Source of the DNA: a virus
Lineage: Duplodnaviria > Caudoviricetes
DNA: 45,313 nucleotides
IMG/VR virus record: IMGVR_UViG_3300028586_000647
Coordinates: 1-45,313 of that record
Strand: one strand, 5' to 3'
The notes under the pieces: generated by a model
Told to the model about the DNA's origin: nothing
Seen by the model: the letters and a program-made list of their open reading frames with translations, nothing else
Database searches by the model: none
Shown: positions 17,901 through 25,723 of the stretch, in pieces
How the letters are laid out: each line of letters opens with the position of its first letter
Position numbering within the stretch: the first letter of the stretch is position 1
Made by a program: the position numbers and the translations under genes

Positions 17901-19527
17901 CGGCATCGCCCGCAAGGAGCGCGACGAGAAGCTGATTGCCATCAACGACACGGCCACCAAAGCCAAGCGGGCTAAAGGCATTACGGCGGCCGAGGTCACC
18001 GATATCAACAATGCGGCGGCCATTGAGGCCAATACTACCCGCAAAGCGTATTTGAACGCTAGAAAAAAGGTGCAGGCCGACTTCTCGGAGCGACTTGAAA
18101 TCAAGCCACTGGAGTTCAAAGTAGCCTACAGTGTCGAGTCGGGCGAGGTAGCTTATAAGCGCGCCGTTAGTGCCAGCTACCGCCTAGCCGAGCAGGAGAT
18201 TGCCGATACCAAGGCCCGATTTGACGCGGGCAAAATCAACCGCCAGACCTACGAAGACGAGGTGTATGCCATTCGGGAGCGGGCCGCTCAGCGTGCTGCC
18301 CAGCTGCGCAAAGACTACCCTGAAGATGACCTGGTCGTGTACCAGCGCAACTTAGAGGGTATTCGCAATGCCGAGTCGGCCCGCGACACGGAACTGGTGG
18401 GGCAGCTGGCCCGTCGTGAAATCTCGCAAAACGAGTTTGCCAAGCGAGCCAGCCAGAGCCGCCTCAAGGCAGCCAATGAGGCGCTCGAACTGGATAAGAA
18501 GTACCACCGCGATACGCTGACCTCTCAGAAGGAAGCTAATGATGCGGCTCTGGCTGAGGCCGACCGGCTCACAGCCGAGCGCATCGCTAAAATTGATAAG
18601 ATTGGTCAGTATGCTCAGTTGGCGGAAAACGCCTTCTTCACCATTAAGGGCAACCTACTTGACGCCGAGATTCAGCGCGAAAACGAGGCCTACGAGCAGC
18701 GAATCAAGGTAGCTGGTGACAACGCAGCCCTCAGGACGCAGATTGAGGAAAAGCACCAGAAGGAGCTCAAGCGCCTCAACTACGAGAAGGCCAAAAACGA
18801 CCGCGAGGCCGCCCTCTTTTCCATCGCCATCGACACGGCCGTAGCCGTAGCCAAGGCCATTGCCCAGTATGGGCTACCCTTCGGCCTCATTCCCGCCGGC
18901 GCAGCGCTCGTGCTCGGCGGCCTGCAAGCGGCCGTAGTGCTGAGCAAGCCCCTGCCAGCATACTTCAAAGGCCGAGCTGATGGCCCCGCCGAATGGGCGA
19001 ACCTTGCCGAGCAGGGGCCCGAGCTTGTGGGACAGCCCGGCACCTTCCGAGTGGTAGCTAAGCAAGGTATCGGCTACCTGGCAGCTGGCGACAAGGTTGT
19101 TACAGCTCCCGAGACCCGCCAGATTCTGGCTCAGAATACCATTCTGGAAGGTCGCCTCGTCGAGCGGCAGGTAGCCCAGCGGCTCGGCACCCCCAATTTT
19201 ACGGCATCCAGGCTCTCTGTGGGCATGGACAACGTGGCTTTTGAGCAGCGACTCATGCAGCGGCAGTACGGCAACGACCTAGAGCAGCAGACCATCCGCC
19301 TGCGCACTAGCGCGGTAGCTCACGAGGCAGCCAACCGCGCTGCTGACCGCCAATCTGATGAGCGTATCCTACAGGCACTAAAGAAGGTAGAGCGCGCTAT
19401 CTACGAGCAGGAGTACCAGCGATACAATGAAAACGAAGACTTGGTACGTCGTGTTCATAAAGAAAATGGCTGGAATGATGTAGTGAATCGACGCTATAAA
19501 CGCCTTGGCCGCGGCAAAACGAACTAA
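14914..19527 (+). CDS. Phage tail tape measure protein (1537 aa)
   Basis: Ala/Leu/Gln-rich helical protein; TP901-type core FQSALSSLSALTGATGEDLQFLADKAEELG...GEQAGTQLRN; hydrophobic segments; C-terminal PLPAYFKG...AEQGPELV. Confidence 0.92.
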   Translation: MADNPISFNDLFSPLGPGTTELDDFTKAVAALSRNYKAFSKNLDSDGERVKTVMAALSVQSGQLRSQAADINLLNEKERAGIAALTAEALKLVQERQRLEVVLAAQAKAQARVKDATTEATSALRAQQNELREAYAAQDTARVEKAATAILKYKAETLDLSRAVRGANSELTAARGSYDALVLENAKLIASLRALGGGLENGSAEALALQKQIAANTQTLKTFDESILIFNRNVGNYKDGFGGLVQELAKLQTQQKGLSEDSQQYQALEQKRIGFLTAAQKAAASAGLSYEQTNAKIESYTAAIQPTVNNLVRLEKAQQDVAKSAGVDSEEYRKLGFQIQSTKKELESMPAATEQAGAGFKGVRDQLGFTKDGLVGQLTQLGVGLIGVQAIFTGVGVAFTTDSEFQSALSSLSALTGATGEDLQFLADKAEELGPKVGKSATETLKAFELIGSAKPELLDSKEALASFTEQVLLLAAASGDELPAAAEALTGVMNQFQAPAEEATRYVNALAAGAKEGAATIPQSAAALKYFGVNAATANISVEKSVALIQLLAERSIKGEQAGTQLRNVLAKLASGAKETNPEMVGLSTALDNLGKKNLSTAQYTKLFGLENANTARVLVEGREKVEALTVAVTGTSVANEQAARQLDNVATAGNRFIATLKNVVINALDPLSRGLGRTLNEFSALLGKLSGATKSVQENTAATAANGLANQQTATTAQALLDRYQQLTAKGVKPAKDGKGELNIITLQLRDSLGESAAAIDKETGLLVLNEGATQRLIKQKLLLSNQAVSTLVLEADALKEQQRQQQLSIKAQELEIAGREKALNLTREQARAQVDDYANNSGFGELNADVAKLSGATINLEGSRRKLAQTTADYNTKLEGLAKLNARAAYETGLLTSTTTAGAEAQKALGTAAAETDRILDRTAKARAADGRQDLQFQLADTERAITGIKKTQEEQSRLYTDGQITQGIFKASVATTQDQINELEYKAAIIRIGIARKERDEKLIAINDTATKAKRAKGITAAEVTDINNAAAIEANTTRKAYLNARKKVQADFSERLEIKPLEFKVAYSVESGEVAYKRAVSASYRLAEQEIADTKARFDAGKINRQTYEDEVYAIRERAAQRAAQLRKDYPEDDLVVYQRNLEGIRNAESARDTELVGQLARREISQNEFAKRASQSRLKAANEALELDKKYHRDTLTSQKEANDAALAEADRLTAERIAKIDKIGQYAQLAENAFFTIKGNLLDAEIQRENEAYEQRIKVAGDNAALRTQIEEKHQKELKRLNYEKAKNDREAALFSIAIDTAVAVAKAIAQYGLPFGLIPAGAALVLGGLQAAVVLSKPLPAYFKGRADGPAEWANLAEQGPELVGQPGTFRVVAKQGIGYLAAGDKVVTAPETRQILAQNTILEGRLVERQVAQRLGTPNFTASRLSVGMDNVAFEQRLMQRQYGNDLEQQTIRLRTSAVAHEAANRAADRQSDERILQALKKVERAIYEQEYQRYNENEDLVRRVHKENGWNDVVNRRYKRLGRGKTN

Positions 19528-19531
19528 ACCC

Positions 19532-19563
19532 AGCCCTGGCTAGCATAGCCAGGGCTTTCTTTT
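19532..19563 (+). terminator. Terminator directly after the TMP
   Basis: AGCCCTGGCTA/TAGCCAGGGCT 11-bp stem plus T-rich tail. Confidence 0.75.
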
Positions 19564-19636
19564 CGCCCGTAGCTTTGTGAACTACCATTGCTATATCAGC
19601 AAGCCACTCGCTAAGAGCCGTTACTCCCTCGCGTAG

Positions 19637-19942
19637 ATGCCCTCACCATTCGACCAAGCAGCCGTTGACCAGCGCTTCCTCGAAGAGGTGTACCGGCTGC
19701 ACGCGGCCAAGGCCTTCGCCACCTTCACCGAACTGGCCAAGGTGCTCCAGACTCATCGGGGCATTATATCAGAGTTAGAAACTGGCCGCTACCATTGCAA
19801 CCTGAAGCTACTCTACTTATTGCACGCTGCTTACCAGAGCGATGTGATGTACGTGCTCACCGGCCAGGGCAGTCAGGAACGAGCGCCAGCGCCCGCCCGC
19901 CCAGATGTAAGCGCTGGGCGACCCAGCCATCCAAAAAGCTAA
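19637..19942 (+). CDS. XRE-like HTH protein
   Basis: FTELAKVLQTHRGIISELETGR...YVLTG; TAGCTTTG -7 box upstream at ~19570. Confidence 0.75.
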   Translation: MPSPFDQAAVDQRFLEEVYRLHAAKAFATFTELAKVLQTHRGIISELETGRYHCNLKLLYLLHAAYQSDVMYVLTGQGSQERAPAPARPDVSAGRPSHPKS

Positions 19943-19943
19943 G

Positions 19944-20231
19944 GTGTATCAAGTTCCATCCTTCGAAGAGTTTGAAGAGCTGCGCAAACAGGTGCAGGAG
20001 CTACAGTCAGAGCTAGCCCAGTACAGAGCGGCCTTGCCAGAGTGGGTGCGGGAGACAGAGGCGCAGCAGCTTACCGGCCTTTCCCAGTCCACTCTATCGC
20101 GTGAGCGTAAGAAGCCTGATACCTTGTTGGTGTGGAAATCAGTTGGCGGCCTACGCTACCTGCGCAGCAGTATACTTGCTTATAACGAGGCTCGCAGTAT
20201 TCGTAAGAATCGTTATCAAAGGCTACTTTAG
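19944..20231 (+). CDS. AlpA/excisionase-like HTH protein with N-terminal coiled coil
   Basis: WVRETEAQQLTGLSQSTLSRER...LRYLRSSI. Confidence 0.7.
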   Translation: MYQVPSFEEFEELRKQVQELQSELAQYRAALPEWVRETEAQQLTGLSQSTLSRERKKPDTLLVWKSVGGLRYLRSSILAYNEARSIRKNRYQRLL

Positions 20232-20531
20232 TATGAGCTGATTTAGTATGCTCAACGCTGATGGCCGGAGGCAGACCTTCGCAGCTAACGAAGACATTTT
20301 TCGGGACTTCGGTCTTATTGCGGTGTCCGAGCAGACGCTACGGCCGCTGTGCTTTAGCTTTTGAATTCAACTGGAACTGCACGCAACTAATGCGTGCCGC
20401 CTAATGCGCTGCTGCTGGCCGTGCAGATATTTGGCATGATGTGGTACTGGCTGCTACCTTGGCCCTTAGCCGCTCCGAGTACGGCTAAGATTGGATAAAC
20501 AGTAATCACAACACTTTAAGCGCTACCGACT

Positions 20532-21533
20532 ATGACCTGCTATTTGTGTAACGAGGAGTTAATCGGAACGAACCGCACTAGAGAGCATATTATTCCTGGC
20601 GCCCTTGGCAATAATGCGGTAAGTGAGACTATACTTTGTGGCAGGTGCAATAACGGCTTAGCTAGTCGTATTGACGCTGCATTTATTCGCACTTACGCCT
20701 ACTTGTATTCTCTTTTGCAAGAGGCTAGACCTGATACAAACAGGAAAAATAAACTTACCGCCAAAACCAAAAGCGGTGAGGAAATAGAAATGGCGGCAGG
20801 TATGGTACCCTATTCACAAATCGAGATAGTACTACCAGATGGCTCTATACAGAAAATTTCGTGCCCTGCTGGCGAAGAAGAGGCTAAAATCCGCAAGCGT
20901 CTTGGGCAACTAAAGGTCAAATTCCCTGAAATTGATGTAGACAAATACATTTCAAATATGCAGATTGAGGCAAAGCCCATTGATGAGCTTGTCTATTTCT
21001 CAAATTATGATACAGAGCATAGCATCGCAGGTGGTCCAGAATTTTTCAGAGGGATTAAAAAGATAGCTATTAATTTTTACTTAAGCAAAGGGCACGATAG
21101 AAGGTACATCAATGGCATTATATATCAGGTGAAACATGGCAAACCTGGCAATGAGGTATTATCAAAATTTTATTATCCATCCATAAAGCCAGTTCATCAG
21201 CTTGGCGAAAAAGAGGTATCTCACATTGTTAAGCTTGTAGGCAATCCAGATATGGGTGTGCTCTACTGCTATGTCGAACTATTCAATTGCAACCATGTCC
21301 TAATACTATTAAATAATCATTATGATGGCCCATCTATTGATGAGCAATTTTGCTATGATGTATTAACTAGCACATATCCTGAGAAGGATATAAGCTTGCC
21401 AGTAAAGAATAGGGATCACATTGTTGACTTTTTTAAGCTGAGCACCGACACTAATGCTGCTGGCGATGCTGCGTACCGCCGTACCCGTAGAATCTTAGAA
21501 GAGGAGATTAGGCTAAAGGGCCAGATAAAATAA
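20532..21533 (+). CDS. HNH endonuclease domain protein, defence candidate
   Basis: CYLC...TREHIIPGALG...LCGRCNN; AT-rich gene. Confidence 0.85.
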   Translation: MTCYLCNEELIGTNRTREHIIPGALGNNAVSETILCGRCNNGLASRIDAAFIRTYAYLYSLLQEARPDTNRKNKLTAKTKSGEEIEMAAGMVPYSQIEIVLPDGSIQKISCPAGEEEAKIRKRLGQLKVKFPEIDVDKYISNMQIEAKPIDELVYFSNYDTEHSIAGGPEFFRGIKKIAINFYLSKGHDRRYINGIIYQVKHGKPGNEVLSKFYYPSIKPVHQLGEKEVSHIVKLVGNPDMGVLYCYVELFNCNHVLILLNNHYDGPSIDEQFCYDVLTSTYPEKDISLPVKNRDHIVDFFKLSTDTNAAGDAAYRRTRRILEEEIRLKGQIK

Positions 21534-21596
21534 TTGGCTCGCCTCCTAAAGGACCGGGGCTTTTAACTAACTTGGCAGCTCACCTAAATAGCAACC

Positions 21597-21926
21597 ATGT
21601 CTTACAACTCTGAGTCAATCACTTATGGCTACAAACACTTTCCCTTGCATAGCGGCGTAACGATGCTCTGCGTAAGCGTTGATGAGCACGATATAGCCCC
21701 GCTTGGGAGCGACAGGCAGTTGTGGGCTAAATTCCTTGCCAACGCGGTTAAAAAACACAGCCAGGGCAAAACCCTTGGTATTCTTAAGATAGGGAATCAA
21801 ACCTATGTGCCTAAGCCTGTAGCAGGTGTACCGAGCGCAGAATGGCCTCTTGTTGAAGAATTTGCAAATGACCGTCCAGCGGAAGATGAGGAGAATTGGC
21901 CGTTAGATTCGGCTACAGCGAATTAA
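21597..21926 (+). CDS. Hypothetical protein
   Basis: 109-aa ORF with a promoter-like box upstream and a hairpin downstream. Confidence 0.55.
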   Translation: MSYNSESITYGYKHFPLHSGVTMLCVSVDEHDIAPLGSDRQLWAKFLANAVKKHSQGKTLGILKIGNQTYVPKPVAGVPSAEWPLVEEFANDRPAEDEENWPLDSATAN

Positions 21927-21932
21927 CAAGTG

Positions 21933-21971
21933 AAAAGCCCCGGCCCTCCCCACCAGAAGCCGGGGCTTTTT
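21933..21971. terminator. AAAGCCCCG-type hairpin
   Basis: AAAAGCCCCGG...CCGGGGCTTTT. Confidence 0.7.
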
Positions 21972-22002
21972 CATACCTTGGCAGCAACCTATTCCAGAAG
22001 CT

Positions 22003-22659
22003 ATGCTGCCCAAACCGCCATTTATAAGAACTGAGACCTTTACCAGGTCGGAGCACATTTTCTTCGATAACCTAGTTGCAATGATGGCCTCTTTGTCTTC
22101 ATTCACGCTAGTGGCTCAACTAGTGAAAACCAAGTCATCCCCAATCATAAGCGTGGGTGATGAAGGTACGCTAGCTGATGTGCTAGAGATGCCCTTTAGA
22201 GGCGCGCATGTGGCGGAAGCATATGTATATCGAAGCTATGAGCCACTACATACTATTACGTCCAACACCGCAGTAGATGAGCTTATGTTTCAGGTGCACC
22301 AAAATATCCAAAGACCTAACTCGGTAGCAGGAGGACACTACGTTTCCTACCCGGCGCACCTAAGTCAGCTTATTGTTGGGTCAGCCTATGCTAATTTTTA
22401 TGAAAACTGCTTACCACAGATACAAGCCAAGTTTTCACATACAACAACCAACTGGCCCTCTGATTTAAACTTTGCCAGGGTTATCAGAAATGCCTATTCT
22501 CACGGCGGAAAAATTCATTTTGACAATCCCAATGCTGCTGCTGTATCGTGGAAAGACTTGACTTACTCACCAGATAATAATGGTCAACCCATCCACCCGG
22601 ATATCTTCGTTGTCGAGATAATTCAGCTTATGCAGGCTATTGCTTATCATGTGAGATAA
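22003..22659 (+). CDS. Hypothetical protein with a HEPN-like RxxxxH motif
   Basis: FARVIRNAYSHGG. Confidence 0.6.
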   Translation: MLPKPPFIRTETFTRSEHIFFDNLVAMMASLSSFTLVAQLVKTKSSPIISVGDEGTLADVLEMPFRGAHVAEAYVYRSYEPLHTITSNTAVDELMFQVHQNIQRPNSVAGGHYVSYPAHLSQLIVGSAYANFYENCLPQIQAKFSHTTTNWPSDLNFARVIRNAYSHGGKIHFDNPNAAAVSWKDLTYSPDNNGQPIHPDIFVVEIIQLMQAIAYHVR

Positions 22660-22704
22660 CCTTTCATTGAGCTTATATTAAACTACCATCAAACGAAATA
22701 CAAT

Positions 22705-24819
22705 ATGCCATCCGTAAAAAACAAAGTCGTATATCTAGGAGACAGAGCGACAAATATTTCAGGCTTGCAAAGCTATGTAAATCAAGTAGATTCTGCCTCA
22801 CCGATAGATAAGCTAGGGCCACTCGCCGACATAAACATCCTTGTTGGAGCCAATAATTCAGGTAAAAGCAGATTTATGCGAGCAATAATGAGCGCTAGTG
22901 AGTATATTCTTTTCAATGATATTGATGCTTACAACAATTACTTACTTCTTATTGATACACTAGACAAATGTGCAGACAACATGCAAACGCACAATAATAT
23001 GATTTTTAGCTTATCTAACCTAAACAGTGAAAACCGATACCTAGAATTTTTAAATGAAGACCACAGAATCTTGTTTGATGAACGTGTAGCAAACTCAATT
23101 ACTATAAACAAAGACTATATAAATACTATTGCAACTGCTTTAAAGAAGTGGCTAAATGTTAATAACAATAATTATAAATCCAACGAACCGGTAATAAGCA
23201 AATACTTTTCAATCCTTAGGCTCGCTGCATCTGTCGCGAGTTTGCAGTTCAATTCAAATTCTTGGCCTCTTAACACCATCTCAACTATCAGCTATAACAA
23301 CCAACAAATCGGCATTAAGAATCGAGAGTTTTTGGGAGAAATAGCTGAAATTACCGATAAGTTGCGGGACAAAATTGAACAAATTGAATCCATTAAAAAG
23401 ATATACATTCCAATACTTAGAACAGCTAGGGCTTTGTTACCAGATAGCAAAGCCCTAGCTAATGAACGGCTAGAATTAACAAAGATTTACAAGCAAACGA
23501 TAAGTAAGTCTTATGGAATAGATTCTAAAAATATAAATATCGAAACGGGTCTAGACTTTTATGGTAAAATTCTACGGAATAGAAATGATTCAAAAGAAAA
23601 TAGAAAATTATTTGATGATTTTGAAGAATTTATTTCGAATAATTTTTTTCAAGGGAAAGACTTTGAAATAGTTGCCCGATACGCAGAACAAGGAGATGAT
23701 GAGCATATTCATATTAGTATTGATAGCTTAGAACACGAAATACATTTTTTGGGTGATGGTATACAAGCGCTTATCATGCTACTTTATCCTGTTTTTCTGG
23801 CAGCTCCAGAATCATGGGTATTTATAGAGGAACCAGAAGTACATCTGCATCCAGGAATGCAAAGACTTTTTATAGAGACGCTACTGAAAGACCCTATTAT
23901 TGCAGCAAAGAAATTAGTCATTTTTTTCACTACACATTCTAATCACCTACTGGACTTAGCAATTCATGACAATGACAAGATTAGCATTCTATCTTTTCAA
24001 AAAATCTCAGAAAATAAATCAAAATTTTTATTAAGCCCAACTGGGGCTGGTGAATTAAACATTTTAAATTTACTAGAAGCAAATAATTCTTCCGTCTTCA
24101 TGGCAAATTGTGCTATCTGGGTTGAAGGACCTACTGACAGAATTTATACGCGGAAATACCTAAATGAGTATACTAACTTCAAATATCCAGGTCTGATAAT
24201 ACATGAAGATTTAGAATACTGCTTCTTTGAATACGCAGGGTCTAATCTAGCTCATTACCTTTTCGATAAAAATTCAGAAGAAATTTCCGAGAATGATGCA
24301 AAACAAATAAATGCTTGGTTTTTATCTAATAGAATATTTTTAATTTCTGACCAAGACAAAGGCAAAGGTGATAAGCATGACAAACTAATATCTCAACAGA
24401 ATGATAATTTTGTGTATTATGTATTACCAGTAAGAGAAGTTGAAAATCTACTATCTCCACAAGTAATCATTTCTTCAGTTCCGCCAATATTTGGCAAATG
24501 GGGAAAAAGCAAAATCAAGGCTTGGACAGAAAGTGTCGCGAACAATCCATTCATTGATACTGATTATAGAGAAGAATATCTAGGCACGTTTCTGACTAAC
24601 AAATACTTAGAAATAGAATTTCCTAAAACCTTTTTAGCTCCTAGTGGCACCTTGGAAACCATCTACAAGGTTCGGCTATCACAGCATGTAGCCAAAACGA
24701 TAAGCTGGCAAGACATGAGTATTGAAGCACAAAGCTTTGCTGAAAGATTATTTAATTTTATAGTGCAACACAATCCTATTTTAGGTAAAACACTTCGCAC
24801 TTGGACTACTTCAAAATAA
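22705..24819 (+). CDS. OLD-like ABC ATPase + TOPRIM nuclease
   Basis: GANNSGKS Walker A, LGDG signature, FIEEPEVHLHP Walker B, TTHS switch, TOPRIM WVEGPTD...SDQD...REVENLL; very AT-rich. Confidence 0.88.
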   Translation: MPSVKNKVVYLGDRATNISGLQSYVNQVDSASPIDKLGPLADINILVGANNSGKSRFMRAIMSASEYILFNDIDAYNNYLLLIDTLDKCADNMQTHNNMIFSLSNLNSENRYLEFLNEDHRILFDERVANSITINKDYINTIATALKKWLNVNNNNYKSNEPVISKYFSILRLAASVASLQFNSNSWPLNTISTISYNNQQIGIKNREFLGEIAEITDKLRDKIEQIESIKKIYIPILRTARALLPDSKALANERLELTKIYKQTISKSYGIDSKNINIETGLDFYGKILRNRNDSKENRKLFDDFEEFISNNFFQGKDFEIVARYAEQGDDEHIHISIDSLEHEIHFLGDGIQALIMLLYPVFLAAPESWVFIEEPEVHLHPGMQRLFIETLLKDPIIAAKKLVIFFTTHSNHLLDLAIHDNDKISILSFQKISENKSKFLLSPTGAGELNILNLLEANNSSVFMANCAIWVEGPTDRIYTRKYLNEYTNFKYPGLIIHEDLEYCFFEYAGSNLAHYLFDKNSEEISENDAKQINAWFLSNRIFLISDQDKGKGDKHDKLISQQNDNFVYYVLPVREVENLLSPQVIISSVPPIFGKWGKSKIKAWTESVANNPFIDTDYREEYLGTFLTNKYLEIEFPKTFLAPSGTLETIYKVRLSQHVAKTISWQDMSIEAQSFAERLFNFIVQHNPILGKTLRTWTTSK

Positions 24820-24910
24820 GTACAAGTGTTGTTGATATTGTGATAGCATTTGGTTAGAATGCTGCATCTGCACCGCACAGATTAAAAGTGCGTGATACAC
24901 CTAGCGCATT

Positions 24911-24940
24911 AAGCCCCATCCGCAATGGCGGGGCTTTTTT
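24911..24940 (+). terminator. AAGCCCC-type hairpin terminator
   Basis: AAGCCCC...GGGGCTTTTTT. Confidence 0.7.
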
Positions 24941-25005
24941 ACGCCTCCACTTGCCAACTAAATTAGTCCCACTTAAATTAGCAGTAACATCAAAACTTAC
25001 TGCTT

Positions 25006-25200
25006 ATGAAAACCCTTCGCACCGCCCCCGACGCGCCCGACTTCGACGAAGCCGCTGGCCTCACCTACGACGAGGCTCCCACCTACGACGAGGCCACCGA
25101 CACCGACTATGAAACCTTCGCTGACCCCGACTACGACGAGGGCAGCCAGGGCGAGTTTGCGGATGAGTTTCATGGCCCCGACAGCGAAGAGGTCAGCTAG
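25006..25200 (+). CDS. Very acidic small protein (64 aa)
   Basis: 21 D/E vs 2 K/R; repeated (Y/F)DE motifs; host-like codon usage. Confidence 0.6.
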   Translation: MKTLRTAPDAPDFDEAAGLTYDEAPTYDEATDTDYETFADPDYDEGSQGEFADEFHGPDSEEVS

Positions 25201-25241
25201 GAGTACCGGCCTCGGAAGCAGAAATAAGAAAAGCCCCGCCT

Positions 25242-25622
25242 TTACGGACGGGGCTCTTCTTTTGGGTGATGCCCTTTCAGGGCATATTTAGTGGTTTGCA
25301 TTCGCCCATTACTGTACAGCACATCCACGGCGATAGTGTCGGCATCTACGCGTCGTAACACGGGCCCAGGGGCGGCTGACCAATAGTTAAGCGTCCAACG
25401 CTTATCGTTTTGCAACCAGCCGCCTCTATGGACAAAGTATAGCGTGTATTCGTCATGAGCTGAACCAGCAAAAGCGCCTGTCCAGTGCGTATCTACTTCT
25501 AGCCAAGTGTTTTCCTGAGCCGACACCTGCATACTCACTTCGCTATCAGTATTGCCAGCCTGCTCATCTCCGCAACCGGAAAGCCCAGTGAGCAGCAGGC
25601 CAGCGCGTAAGAGTTGTTTCAT
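25242..25622 (-). CDS. Hypothetical lipoprotein
   Basis: Signal peptide and lipobox MKQLLRAGLLLTGLSG-C. Confidence 0.7.
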   Translation of the reverse strand: MKQLLRAGLLLTGLSGCGDEQAGNTDSEVSMQVSAQENTWLEVDTHWTGAFAGSAHDEYTLYFVHRGGWLQNDKRWTLNYWSAAPGPVLRRVDADTIAVDVLYSNGRMQTTKYALKGHHPKEEPRP

Positions 25623-25723
25623 AAGGCGAAGCTACACTCAGCCAAGACGTAATTGAATCGTAACCTGTTGACAGGCGCCCTAACGCGTACCTTAGAGTCC
25701 CCTTTTCGCTCTCGCTATAGCCC

